NCBI RefSeq assembly: GCF_001194135.2
Contig: NC_068986.1
Coordinates: forward strand, 81,706,996 to 81,770,995
DNA from: Octopus bimaculoides
Lineage: Eukaryota
DNA: 64,000 nt
Direction: 5' to 3'
Positions 13,350 to 26,569 of this stretch are shown here, piece by piece (the stretch's first letter is position 1; the number at the start of each line of letters is the position of its first letter). A program made the translations under genes and the position numbers. Below the pieces are notes generated by a model that saw nothing but the letters and a program-made list of their open reading frames with translations, did not search any database and was not told the origin of the DNA.

Positions 13350-13430
13350 GGTAATATGTGTGTGTATATATATATGTATGTGTATATATATGTATGTGTA
13401 TATATTTATATGTATGTGTATATATATATT
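13130..13430. repeat. (AT)n and compound AT/GT microsatellite
   Basis: Direct reading; explains the YIYIYI ORFs. Confidence 0.95.
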
Positions 13431-14934
13431 ATATTCATCTTTTCCATTGTTACCTGATGTAAGTAGCTAATTAAATCCTACCATTTGTACTCTGGTTGTT
13501 GTAGCATTCTACTACAACAAATCATTGGCTACTAGCAACCCTTTTGTTTTTAGGAACTTCTGTAATGTCTCTTCATAACTTCCAGACATTTGTCTGTACA
13601 AATATCTTTCAATACTTTTTTCATTGTCATTGAACTGATGTCAATAATCTCTTGTGTTTTTATTTGTGTTATTTACTTATTAAACATCAGAACAGAGAGT
13701 AAACAACTCTATTGTCATGGTTGAGATAATCATTAAAAGTATGGTTTTTTTCCTGTTTTTTTTTTTTTTTTTTTCCTGTTGCTTATAAACCAAACGTTTT
13801 AACTTTGAATTTCTATAGAGGGATATTGCCATCATATATCACATATTTGTTGTCATTCAGTTCCATCAAGTTAACAAGTGGCTAGTTCTTGTCACAATAA
13901 ATAGTAAGCTATATTTTGTTTAGTCAGGTCTATTTCAGAAATAAGAGCCATTTGGAAATACTTCAATAGTGGGTGGCAGCCGCCACCCATTATATTGCAC
14001 AACTTTTTCAAAAGGTTCGATTTTAATTAATTGTTTTTATAGCTATATTCTTTTGAATGTAAACATTATTAAAAACTGATTCCCTTGGCCTTCGTCTGAT
14101 GTTTTACATATTTTGTCGGCTGAAACATGAAACAGAAATATACCAACATTTATAGTAAATCCCGTGATCATGGTAAACTCTGCATGTTCTATATATTTAA
14201 CAGTCGATTTTTATTGTTGCTTTATTTTGTAATTTTGTTCTCGTGGGATAATGGTGGAATAGGAAAGGGGCAGACTGATATTTTTCCTGCTGAAAACTCT
14301 TGTTGCCAGAAATAGTTGTTATAAATGACTGTACTTCATGGTTGATTTGTTTTATTGCATGGGCTGTTCACTTCATTGATTTCATGATAGAAAGGCGTGT
14401 GTGTGTGTGTGTGTATTTGTGTTGGAGTGGAAGGTGAGATACTGAGTGATATACTTTGTTTCATTTCCTAATAAGGTATTTGATCACAAATCTACCTAAT
14501 TACAAATAGATTTCTCCTTGCATCTCTGTAGTAGTTGTTTAAGGCAAGTATTAATGAGGGTCTGTATGACAGTAATAAACATTCTGATGTTGTATATCAT
14601 ATAAGATGACACCTCTTATTTATGGTGTTTTGCATATTTCAACAATGAGCAGTCTTGGGGGAAATTTTCCAAACATTGCTAAAATTGGTGTGAGAGGTGT
14701 CAAGTGTCATTGCAGTGCTAATCAAAATACAATAGTAATGATTTTATTAAAGCCCTGCAAAAGCCTGTTACACATGTGTGTGATCAGTATTGTCACACAT
14801 TCATTTTTTATTTGCTAATATAGGTTAAATGAGACTTACTGATGCTGTTTACTATTGTGAGATGTCTTTCTTGTCACCATCTTTTATATGTTTTTCCAGT
14901 AAGGTATTTTTCCTCTCCTATTCCTCACACATAA

Positions 14935-15214
14935 AGGTGCCGCTGAACTGGCACCTGTGCAGGTGACACGTAAAAAACCCATTTGAGCGTGGCCATTGCC
15001 AGTACTGCCTGACTGGTCCTCGTGCCGGTATCATGTAAAAGCACCCACTACACTCTCGGAGCGGTTGGTATTAGGGAGGACATCCAACTGTAGAAACTCT
15101 GCCAGATCAGATTGGAGCCTGGTGCAGCCATCTGGTTCATTAGTCCTCAGTCAAATCGTCCAACCCATGCCAGCATGGAAAGCAGACGTTAAATGATGAA
15201 GATGATGATGATGA
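14935..15214 (+). mobile_element. RTE 3'-tail fragment (5'-truncated LINE or tail-sharing SINE)
   Basis: gtaaaagcacccactacactctc...catccaactgtagaaactctgccagatcagattggagcc...gacgttaaatgatg, matching the 3' end of 8520-10265. Confidence 0.85.
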
Positions 15215-15339
15215 CAGACCAACGAAGCAGATGAACACTAGGACTTTTGTTTACTAGAGAACATAAGCAATGTTGCCATTTTTCATTCAAATGGTGTTAA
15301 TGAGAGACATATGGAATCAACATGTGTATGCAATTGCAT

Positions 15340-15375
<36 letters not shown>

Positions 15376-15782
15376 TGCCAGCACGAAAAACAGACATTAC
15401 TTGATGATGATGATGATGATGATGATGAAGGCCAGTACAGTACAAACTGGAAATAAAGGGATGAAAACAGAAGCAGAGTAAAACAAACAGCGAGTTTACA
15501 CTTTTACCTTACATGCGAAATATTTTGGAGTTAAAAACCTATTTATTAAAAGAAAATGGGTGATAGTAATGAACTGGTGTGAGAGACGGAGGCTGTAACA
15601 TGTACAGTCTGGTATTGTTACTATTATTAATCAGCTTCATGCAGTTCACTTCTATGATTGAAAGAGGATAGCAATTTTAATTCTTAAATACCCAATTTCT
15701 GTTTGATGGCTTTTGATAGTGTTCATGATGTCTTGGATGTGATCTTCCATAACAGTTGAACTTATGCATACATATTCTTTAA

Positions 15783-15998
15783 CCCTTTAGCATTCAAACT
15801 GGCCATACCTGGCCAAAATATTCTACTTGCTTAATGCTGAAACTGGCCAAATCTGGTCTCTTACATTTACCCTACAATGTCATACTGGAAGTAAAGTATC
15901 ACATCATTGAAAGCTACAAAATAATGTATGATTAATTCAAAACAACAACATGAATAAATAAGCTTTACATTTGACACAATAATCTAAATGCTAAAGGG
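15783..15998 (+). mobile_element. piggyBac-type MITE, complete
   Basis: ttaa at 15779-15782, TIRs ccctttagcatt / aatgctaaaggg. Confidence 0.8.
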
Positions 15999-18389
15999 CT
16001 TATACTGCTTGTAGACAGTGCTTTTTGATGAGTGCAGGCATTCTCAACCATGGTTTCTCAAACTTGGTTTCAGGTTCAGTCCTACTGCATAGCTCCTGAT
16101 TGATCAAAGCCTTATGACCTGATTTGGTAGATGGAAACTGAAATCTTGTGTGCATGTGTGTGCGCACATATGTAGAAAACACATAATAAGAGCCTGAAAG
16201 ATTGCTTGGAGGTACATAGCATATTTTATAGACATGCCTGTTCAAGTATCATCAAAGTATGAAACTTTAATAGCTTTATCAGTTCTGTATTAAATTGGTA
16301 ATATTTATATTTATTTGTGTGTGTGTGTGTGTGTGTGTATTTGCATTCTGTCGTGACATTGCATATTAGTTATAAATGAGTGTCTTTGTCATACAAGCGG
16401 TGACATTCATTTCTACCATGGTTATGATGAAATATTACCTTGCTAAAAACAGGTGAGGGGTTGGCAGTAGAAAGGACATTCATAGAAAATCTGCCTCAAT
16501 AAACTCTGTCTGATTCCTGCAAGCATGGAAAATGACAATAATGATGAAAATAATGATGATGGTACATGCATATATTTATATGTGCATGTGTGTATCTTGC
16601 CAATATAATTGGTATAGGATCTTTGTAGATAAAAAAAATAATGGTACTTCTTGAACAAAGTTTTTGCAGTGTTCGTGGGGCTGATAGTTATATTCCTGCA
16701 GTGTTAATAGGTTTGGTAGTCAACTTACTACAACTGTATGTCTTCGTTTATATATCCACAGTTTTACTACTGTATTCTAGCTATTTGCATTTGATTTGTT
16801 ACAGAGAATACCATACCAAAACTCTCACAATTACTTGTAGTGTCTCTTTCACTTGCCATGTAATAAAATAGATGTTTTGTCTCACAACCAGTTTGTTTTA
16901 CTCTGTGCTGGTAATAAGGTGGTGCTGGTATTTGGGGGCTGTCTTGTCAAGTAACTACTAGGATACAAAGATTATTGATTTGCAATTTTGGAATTTAGAT
17001 GAAGATAAGTTGCTAGGCTTTGGCATATATTTACTTCCTAGCTTCCTTAATTATTAACTAAATCTCTAGTTGTTAACTGGATTGACTTTTCCTGTGTCAT
17101 ATAATTGATGGTGGTAAAAGTTGGCCGTGTGCCCATTGGTTTGAATGAAAGAAATGACATTCTACTTGTGTGTGATCTGAAAGTGAAGGAGGTGGTTGTA
17201 ACTATTATGGATTGGTTAATTGCATATTATCCAAAACATAAAACATGATCAAAATCAGCAACTTTAAACCGGAATGTTGTCATTGGTACTTGCACATTTG
17301 ACCAATGAGGAGCCTGCTGTCTTTGAAGATTATAGATTTTAGAAATATAGTAATTCTTCCTTAATAACTAGGTCACAGTTTCTAACTGCTAGTAGCACTT
17401 GATGCAGAATTTAATCGACCATGCCAAACAGCCATTTATTTTTTCATTGTGTGTGAAATTTGCTAAACATTTGTAGCAATATTGCCTGGAGACAGTATTC
17501 TAGTATGAAATGATAAGTCTCACTGGTGCTGGAATTTGATTGTTCGTAAATTTCACATCTTAATTAGTTTCAGGGACAGGGTAATCGTTTTAACTGACCT
17601 GGCTTCAAGACAATTAGTTTTCTCTGTACACAAACTGTATGGTTTTCATAGATTTTATTTTAAAACTTCTTTTTTTTTTATTTATAACTTTCTGAATGGT
17701 TCTGGAAATGTAATTTAGTAGAGACATCTATAGCTGTTATAATGGAAAGGTTGAGGATGCCAGAAAGATATAGGGTTGGGTTTGGGTACAGTGGAACATT
17801 ATTGACATAGTTTAGCTTGTTGCTGATTTTTTTCATCTTATTATTTCAATTTTATTTATCATAACACATGAATATTCTTAATTATGTCTAGATTTAATTC
17901 ATCTCTTTTTTTTTCTTATTCTTTTTTTTCTTTTTTTTTTTTTTATCAAAAGCTGCAGCTATAACAAATGAAACTTATGGTTATTAAGCTCCGTGAGATG
18001 AACACAGGTCTATTACATTGATTTGTTCAGCAGGTTTTTATACTGGTAACTTCAGTATCAAAATGATGTGGGGATGTAAACATGACAGTTACCAGTTTTA
18101 ACGGTGTATAATTGAAAACTAAAATATGCACAGAAATAAACAGTAAACTTGGTGTTTGTTGGTGATTTTCCTTAGAAAATTAGTATTTCATCCATCTATG
18201 TACATATTTTATATCCACATTCAGTAAAAAGAAAAAAAAGAAGAAAAAAAATCAATCCTGCTTATCATCTATCTGCAGGAATAATTAGCAAGACATTGAT
18301 CTATTGCTACTTCTGTGGTGTCTCTGCCAAGGTGTAAAACTATATCAGAATAGTTTCTAGCACTTTGATCAATTAGCACTGGATTCCAC

Positions 18390-18745
18390 TTGTACTACTA
18401 CTACCATCACCACCACTACCACTCTATTACTGTACATCACAACCTCCCCTCTCCTACTGTACACCACCATCACCACTCTGTTACTATATGTCACTATCTC
18501 CACTCTGCCACTATACCACCTCCACTTTGCTGTTGTACACCACCTCCAATCTACACCACTTCCTCTCTACTGTACACCACCGCCACTCTATTGTACACCA
18601 CCTCTTTACTGTTGTACACCACATCTATTCTACTATTGTGCACCACCCCTGCTCTAATGTACACCACCTTCACTCTGTTGTACACCACCACCATTTTACC
18701 ACTGTGCACCACCTCCACTCTATTGCTGTATGCCACCATCACTAC
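18390..18745. repeat. Degenerate ~21-bp minisatellite (tacaccacctccactctactg-like)
   Basis: Periodic caccac...tgta units; produces the YTT-rich and HHH-rich ORFs. Confidence 0.75.
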
Positions 18746-18899
18746 CACTCTGCTATGGTCTCAGAATTCAAAATCATGTGTACAGTAGTAGAGTGGTGCA
18801 GTTGCACTGTGTGGCACCTTGGGCCTGTGAGACCACATCTTGAAATAGGAGGTCCTGCAGCATGTAAATGGACTTAGTGTTGGGTCTCCTATTGGACTT

Positions 18900-19170
18900 A
18901 GTGTTGGGTCTCCTATTGGACACGATCCATTTTGAAAACACTAAAATGGCTGTACTCTAAATTGAGCTGAAATATGGAAGCTATCAAACTGGGCACTCAG
19001 AACTTTGTCACAAGGACATCATTAAGTGACATCCTACTGAAGCAGATGACCTGATTGTGACTGCATGGGAGAAAATGGCAATTGACTGCAAACAATGGCA
19101 GACGGCCATAAAGAAATGAGCAAATGTTAGTCAAATTGGGTAAGACAACAGGAAGACACAAAAGCTAGAA
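18900..19170 (+). mobile_element. Old RTE (BovB-like) C-terminal remnant
   Basis: Frames give KWLYSKL..GSYQTGHSELCHKDIIK*...AWEKMAIDCKQWQTAIKK, resembling LYGEL..G.RP.GRP.LRYKD..K.....WE.LA.DR..WR. Confidence 0.6.
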
Positions 19171-21424
19171 CAATATCAACCAACAGTATACTGCAATATC
19201 TACAAACAGAAGCTTTTGGTTTACAATCACTTGAAGGAATAAAACATTGTGGAAGTCGCTTCTACTATATTAAAAAAGTAATAAACAAGGAAAAAGAAAA
19301 AAAAAAAAAACCTTTTCTGATATCAAGTTATACTCTATTACAAGTGACATCCAAGTAATCTCTCTCTTTCTTTCACACACACACACACAGAGATTCCTAC
19401 ATAATGTTATATATCTAACATACTGTAACAGTTTGTTAGATACGTATATAATACTATTGTTTGTCTCTGTATATTATAACATGTTATATCTGTAATTATT
19501 TTTACACAAAACAGAGATTAACCTATTAATCTAACATGATTGAAGATAGAAAACATTTCACATCAAATAACTCTACCAGGGAAATGTCTTCCTAATTAGA
19601 CTTAAACCTACTTCCTCATTTGCCATATTTCAGTATATTGATTATTGATTTCTTACCTAAATATTGATTTTTCTATTTCTTGCCAGCTTGTTAATAATCA
19701 GCGCTGTAAAATTTATTCTTGTTTGATTTTACTTCCTATTCATACTATGTTCTTTAATTATGGACATGACGTTCCATGATACACCTGTATCAAAACCTGA
19801 ATGTTGAACAAAGGGATTGGCAGTGTGATGATTTTTAATGCATGACTTTTACTATTTTCTTATTAACTGACTGACCACCATTCTGCGGAAAACACAGCCA
19901 CTGACCTCATCAGCCAAACTGCTTCTTGTCTCTCCTGCTTTACTACAAATTACACTAGCCAATAGATGAAATACTGAGTGTATCTTGTCACATAGCTCTG
20001 ACAACCTGTATCTCAATATACATTACTGCTAGATGTAGTGTTGATTGTATCATGTAATATTGACAACTCGTACATCAATGTAATATTAACAATTCATACA
20101 TCAATCAACAACCAGAACTCTCTGACTATAACCAAAAAAAGTAGTAAAGCTCATAAAAATTTGAAAACTGGCAATATGGTTTTATATGTAGTCTAGGACA
20201 TCTGTAACAGCTGTTACTGAGAGTTGTGTAGATGACACTCAGGATAACAGTGATTAAACTTTCTTGACATGTCTGCAGATTGACATGTCAATGTCTGTCT
20301 GTATGTCTGTGCTAGCTTAGAATCTCTGTAACTGGTCAATTAACCTTTTAATTGTTTCATTATTTCTGAACTATATATTCTTGTATTTCCCAAGATTTGA
20401 TTACTTGATGTCTTGGTCTTTAGCCAGTTCCATTAATTACTTCTTTTACTGCAATCTTGGTTCCTCTTTACATTGTTTACTCTGACAAATTGTATTAAAT
20501 CACATATTGTTTCCACTTTCTCCATATTTCTAATGATGCCTCTTTATAGCATCATACAGGATACCAATACCTTTTGATTGTCAGTAGTTGTGTGTGTGTA
20601 TGTGTCAGAATATGTATAAGTGTGCCAGTGGATGTGGTGTGTATGTATGTGTGTGATTGTGCATGCATGCATCCAGATTACAGCTACTGCAATGATTAAC
20701 TTGGCATTAAATAGCTTCATGTTGATTTGTATGGCTATAATCTTCCACCCACTACCTATACAGCCATCTTCTTTGATAGAACTCAGTTTATTCATTCATG
20801 TTCACTAAAATAACAGCTTTGGGCTTCCAACCAAAATTACTCTGTTAATTTTCATGCAATTCTTCTTGTCTTTGTCCCAGAATCATGTTCCAAAACCTTC
20901 AAATAGCTCCACAACACATTTCTTTAGTTTAGATTTTTTTTCTTTGCCTATAATGAAACTGATTTCATTTGAAAGTAAAACTCATTTTCTCAATTTCCTT
21001 CAACGGGAAGATGGTAAAGGCTGCATTAAAATTCAATGTTCTATTAGATCAATTCTAGGCTATTATTGATTGATTCTAGCTTCAATTTCCTAATTGACAT
21101 TAAAAGTGGTTTTAAAATAATTTTGTATATTTTCTTTTGAATTTAAAATATTTTTTGTTTTCTTTTATAAGATGTGTAAGTGATTCTTTTAATTTTATTA
21201 ATTGTACAAATTTTCCTTTTTGAAATGTTTAGGTAGGTTATAATAAATATACATATATGAAGTACATCATTACTAAATCATAAAGTGCTATGGTATTCAG
21301 GTACATTGTTATTGCATCTCCGTGGTAACATTCTTTTTGTGTGCTTATGTGTGTGTACATGCACACATGTGCACACATGCAAAATAACTCTACTACAGAG
21401 ATGCAATAACAATATACTTGACTA

Positions 21425-21457
<33 letters not shown>

Positions 21458-21511
21458 GTAGTCATGTATGCATATATATATATATATATATAAGTATGGT
21501 AGTCATGTATG

Positions 21512-21795
21512 TCATCATCATCATCGTTTAACATCCGCTTTCCATGCTAGCATGGGTTAGACGATTTGACTGAGGACTGGTGAACCAGATGACTGTACCA
21601 GGCTCCAATCTGATCTGGCAGAGTTTCTACAGCTGGATGCCCTTCCTAATGCCAACCACTCTGAGAGTGTAGTGGGTGCTTTTACGTGCCACCTGCACAG
21701 GAGCCAGTCCAGCGACACTGGCAATGACCTTGCTCAAATGGTGCTTTTTACGTGCCATTGGCACGGAAACCAGACAGCTACTCTGGCAATGATCA
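21512..21795 (-). mobile_element. RTE 3'-tail fragment
   Basis: (cat)n cgtttaacatccgctttccatgctagcatggg...ctggatgcccttcctaatgccaaccact; same family as 14935-15214. Confidence 0.85.
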
Positions 21796-22529
21796 TTTGT
21801 GAATGCATTTGTACTTCAGTGCTGAAGGATCTTTTCAACTAGGAGTTGAAACCAAGTTACTAAGAGGAGAAAGATCTAATGGATGAACTGGAATATGAAC
21901 TAAATTTGAAGATGTCACATGGGTAGATGAAAGTATTGATAGCAACCCATTTATGTCAGCTCAGGGTTTACTAAGAAACTGATGTACGTTAATAGAAGTA
22001 ATAATGTCCCTATGGTTTATTGACAACTACTGAACCAGAGAGAAAGAGAGTTAAAGTCTATTATAGAATTGTGTCTCAGAAAATAATATTATGCAGAAAA
22101 AATATATTCCTGTTTTTGCTATCCCTTAAGCCACATTTTGTTGAATTGGAATCCATTTTGGTAGCATTTGACTGTGTTGTAATTGTTAAAATATAAAATT
22201 CTTTATTTGCTCGCTCTGTATTTATTATTGTTAAAAGCTCCATTTCCAATGTCTTGTTCTGACAGTAGTCCTATCTTCCCCATTAATAGTTATATAGCAC
22301 TAGTAGTAAACTTAGACATTAGTACTTTAATGGTGCAACTGTGCTTTAGCTGTAGCATTAGGTGCACTTTACTGTAGAATACTCCATGAAAAAGTTTAAT
22401 AATTACCATTATTATCAATATCACATCTATCCTAAATCTTTTTCTCTTTCATGCTGCTTACAGATATATTTGAAGAAATATAGCATTTAGTTGGATATTC
22501 TTTACATATATATAGTCATAGTTCTGAGA

Positions 22530-22980
22530 AGGACAGTGATGATACACTACTTCACTATTGAGTGATAGCTTCAGTATTATACTGTGTTGGTGGAGTGGAA
22601 CTGGAGTGCCAAATTGTGTTGTTGAAAGGCAGCTTGTGTTACATTGTATTGTCAGTGGAAATGGAGTGTCATATTGTAGTGTTGACTCAGAGCTTGAGTG
22701 CTGCACTGTATTGTTAGAGGGGAACTGGAATGTCATATGATAGTGCTGAGTGGCAGCTTGAGTGTTATACTGTATTGTCAGAGTGTCATGTAGTGTTGAG
22801 TGGAAACTTAAGTGGTACATTGTACTGTTAGAGTGGGACTAGAGTGTCATACTGAAATGTTGAGTGTCAGCCTAAGTGTTATTCTGTATTATTAGTGGCT
22901 TGTCATATTATATTGCCAAAGTGGAGCTTATATATTCAATGAAAGTGTCTATGAGAAACTGGAGTATTATATAGTCAGAA
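22530..22980. repeat. Degenerate ~62-bp tandem repeat built from two ~31-bp subunits
   Basis: Recurring agtggaactggagtgtcatattgtagtgttgagtggcagcttgagtgttatactgtattgt units. Confidence 0.7.
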
Positions 22981-23302
22981 TAGAGCTGGTATGTTACAAC
23001 AGTGGTTGCTGTCTCTCTGCATTGTTCCAGTTAGAGAGGCGACCAGTGTAGTCAAATTAAAATTTCATATTTTGTTTAATAACTTAGATCACTGAATTTT
23101 ACTTGAATTTAAACTCTCTCTAACAGCTAAAACACACTGTGTTACACTTTTTAATACACTGAGTATACATCTCTAATAGCTTTATGGAAAGTTTATTTAT
23201 CTCCTGAGTTTGGGACCTTCTCTTAAGAAGTTTTGTGTACAAGGCAAACTTCTGATTCAAGATTGAAAACTATCCAATAGTAGATGTTGCTGACAGAGTT
23301 AG

Positions 23303-23485
23303 GTGCAGGCATGGTTGTGTGGTTAAAAACCTTACTTTGCAACCACATGGTTACAGGTTCAGTCTTAGTGTGTGGTACTTTGGGCAAGTGTAAATAATGG
23401 AGCTGATTTGTTCTGTTAAACCCTTCGTAGTGGTGTCTCAGCATGACTGCAGTTCAATGGATGAAACTAGTAAAAGTAAAGAAAA
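23303..23485 (+). mobile_element. SINE family A, internally deleted copy
   Basis: gtgcaggcatggttgtgtggtt...aaccacatggttacaggttcagtc...catgactgcagttcaatggatgaaac. Confidence 0.75.
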
Positions 23486-23586
23486 AAAACATATTAGAAT
23501 TTATGTACTGTATACTGCAACAGTATTAGAATGTAACTAATTTTACGTATTCAGTATTATGCTTCCTCATAGTATTTACACATTAA

Positions 23587-23807
23587 CCCTTTCGTTACCG
23601 TATTTATTTTGAGATGTTCTGTGTTTCTTTCAATTATTTTAAATATAACAAAGAATTAAGTAAAATAACTTAGTTATCATTAAGCTATTGTTAGGAACAT
23701 AACTTGTGACTAAGGTTTGGTAGAAGATTTTAATTCAAAACTTATGAAAACAAGACAGATGTACTACAGAGCCAGAACCAGTTTCAGCCAAGTTGGTAAC
23801 AAAAGGG
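23587..23807. mobile_element. Second family of TTAA-flanked piggyBac-type MITE, complete
   Basis: ttaa-ccctttcgttacc ... ggtaacaaaaggg-ttaa; both TIRs and the TTAA duplication are visible. Confidence 0.85.
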
Positions 23808-24288
23808 TTAAAGAACACCTGGCTACCTCCTTTCTGTTAAAACATCTTGGCTACTACTAGAATACAGAAGTTATTATCATTATAATCATCATCACCATCA
23901 TCATCATCATGTCCATTTTTCCATGTTTGCATGAGTCAGATGGAGGTTATCGAAGCAAATTTTCTATGGCTGGATGCTTTTCCTGACGCCAATCCTTACC
24001 TGTTTCCAAGCAAAGTTCTATTTCTCTTTGGTCAGACATGTTTTTACTGAATATTGGCAATGAATGATATTCATTCACAACAATCACACAATATCAAGAT
24101 AAGGAAACACAAGAACATGCACACTATCACATACATTTATACATACACACATCCAGATTATGTATATGCGCACGTGCACATGTGTGCACACGCACACATG
24201 TAATCAAAGTAATGTGCTTTTATGACAAAGTGAGAGACAAATTTTAAGAGAGCTTAATTTAGAAAGAGAGAGTGAGAGGAAGGTGGAA

Positions 24289-24541
24289 TCATCATCATCA
24301 TCATCATCATCGTTTAACGTCCGCTTTCCATGCTAGCATGGGTTGGACGATTTGACTGAGGACTGGTGAAACCAGATGGCTACACCAGGCTCCAATCTGA
24401 TTTGGCAGAGTTTCTACAGCTGGATGCCCTTCCTAACGCCAACCACTCAGAGAGTGTAGTGAGTGCTTTTACGTGTCACCCGCACGAAGGCCAGTCAGGT
24501 GGTACTGGCAACGGCCATGCTCAAAATGGTGTATTTTATGT
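24289..24541 (-). mobile_element. RTE 3'-tail fragment
   Basis: Nearly identical to the reverse complement of 59510-59759. Confidence 0.85.
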
Positions 24542-24786
24542 AAGATTAAATATTTTTCACAAAAGTCACTGCATTACAGTGTAAACTGGGCGAAAAATAT
24601 ATTTGATATCCTGACTTAATGTTGAAATGAAAATTGTTGTTTAGAGTGAACTGTGACCAGCATCAAAGCATATGTTGAGAAGAGAGAGAGGCATATAACT
24701 GTGATGAAGGATATGTTACAGTTATGATATTGATTTATAAAGTGCTGACAGTCAGAAAGCTTATGGTGATTGTTACATTATGGATG

Positions 24787-25445
24787 GGTGCAGGTGTCAC
24801 TGTGTGATTAGAAATCTGCTGTGTGATTAGAAAACATGGTTCCAGGTTCAGTCCCACTGCATGACATGTTGGGAAGTGTCTTTTACTATAGCTTCTAACT
24901 GACCAAAGCCAAACCTGTGAGTGGATTTGGTAGATGGAAACTAAAAGAAACCTGTTGTGTGTGTGTGTGTATTTGTCCCTCATTACTGCTTGACAACTGC
25001 TGTTGGTGTGTTTAAGTCCTTGACAGAATAAGTACAAAGGTTGTTTTTTTTTAAATAAAGTGCTGCAGTTTATTTGCTTGGCTAAAATTCTTCAAGGCAG
25101 TGAGTGCCTCAGCATGGCTAGTCTAATGACTGAAATGATTAAGAGATAAAAGATGTAGACATATAATAAATATTACTTCTGTAATTCCTAACTTTCTTAT
25201 AGTCTTGACAGAAACAATAACTTCTGGATTCTTGTAGCTGTCAAGATGTCATAACAGAAAGTGGAGTTATCTGTTGATAAATTGGTGCAGGTGTGGTTTT
25301 GTGGTTAGGAAGATTGCTTCACAACCACAGGGCTTAAGGTTCAATCCCACTGCTTGGCATTTTGGACAAATGTCTTTTACTACAGACCCAGCCCAGCCAA
25401 ATGTGGAAGTGATTGATGGAAACTGAAAGAAACCTGTCATATCAC
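24787..25445 (+). mobile_element. Two SINE family A copies (24787-25155, 25285-25445)
   Basis: Same head and body motifs as 5588-6000. Confidence 0.75.
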
Positions 25446-26022
25446 AATCTGTTTTTTTTTCTTTTTCTTTGTTGGTGTTAATATTAAAGATCTCTTACTT
25501 CTTTTCATTAGTTCCAATCTCATGTGGTTGTCCTTGTCAGATAAGTAATCAGAATGAATGCTATTTAATATTCAGTGCAGACTCTTTTCATGTTTCTCCA
25601 CAGAATCAATCCAAAAGCCATCTGTTAATTTTCTCTGATCTGCTATGACACAGATATTTCATTAATACTTGGAATTAATGTTTAGCTAAAGCCTAACAAG
25701 ACTTTTATGGAAAAGTTTTCTTTCTGTCTCTAGATCACCCTCAATAACGACCATTCTGCTTTTTCTAAAGCAATTCTTACTTTATCTCTCGTACTTTACA
25801 ACAATGATATGCTATAACATCTTCATATGAAATAGCATGACACCATTTACTTTCATTTGTCACACTTGTCTCTTTCTGTTTGTCCTGTTAATATAGGATG
25901 TAGTGTGTGTGAGTATAGCTATACATGTATGTGTGTATGTATGAATGTTTGCATGTATGCCTGGGTGTGTGTATGCATATGTATGCATGTATATAAACCA
26001 ATGCATACATAAATATGAGCAT

Positions 26023-26329
26023 GGAGGCGCAATGGCCCAGTGGTTAGGGCAGCGGACTCGCGGTAATAGGATCGTGGTTTCGATTCCCAGACCGGGTGTT
26101 GTGAGTGTTTATTGAGTGAAAACACCTAAAGCTCCACGAGGCTCCGGCAGGGGATGGTGGCAAACTCTGCTATACTCTTTCACCATAACTTTCTCTCACT
26201 TTTACTTCCTGTTTCTGTTGTTCCTGTAATTCAAAAGGTCAGCCTTGTCACACTGTGTCACGCTGAATATCCCTGAGAACTACGTTAAGGGTACATGTGT
26301 CTGTGGAGTGCTCAGCCACTTGCACGTTA
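26023..26329 (+). mobile_element. tRNA-derived SINE family C, young copy cut by an assembly gap
   Basis: A box tggcccagtgg, B box ggtttcgattccc, CpGs retained; tail gagaactacgttaagggtacatgtgtctgtggagtgctcagccacttgcacg also found reversed at 31730-31870. Confidence 0.85.
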
Positions 26330-26498
26330 NNNNNNNNNNNNNNNNNNNNNNNNNNNNNNNNNNNNNNNNNNNNNNNNNNNNNNNNNNNNNNNNNNNNNNN
26401 NNNNNNNNNNNNNNNNNNNNNNNNNNNNNNNNNNNNNNNNNNNNNNNNNNNNNNNNNNNNNNNNNNNNNNNNNNNNNNNNNNNNNNNNNNNNNNNNNN
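26330..26498. other. Assembly gap (others at 29549-30119, 34004-34013, 59165-59333, 61310-61319)
   Basis: Runs of N. Confidence 1.
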
Positions 26499-26569
26499 AT
26501 ATATATTTAGTAACGTATGGTGCCAGATTTAATTTGTTTATCACCTTAGAGAAGTAAAGTGGTACACCA

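Noticed and set aside
13078-13457. Multiple ORFs rich in YI, HT or CV (also 10266-10722, 27616, 30201-30981, 60763-61959)
   Set aside because: Translations of microsatellites.
18390-18877. Mucin-like Thr/Tyr or His-rich ORFs (also 31462-31722, 58428-58850)
   Set aside because: They coincide with degenerate tandem repeats open in several frames and lack splice or homology support.
22530-22980. CRISPR-like periodicity in tandem repeats
   Set aside because: Units are contiguous and degenerate with no unique spacers, and the DNA is eukaryotic.
26023-26096. tRNA-like sequences (also 28151-28215 and 49005-49090)
   Set aside because: They have A/B boxes but no complete cloverleaf and run into multi-copy bodies, so they are SINE heads, not tRNA genes.
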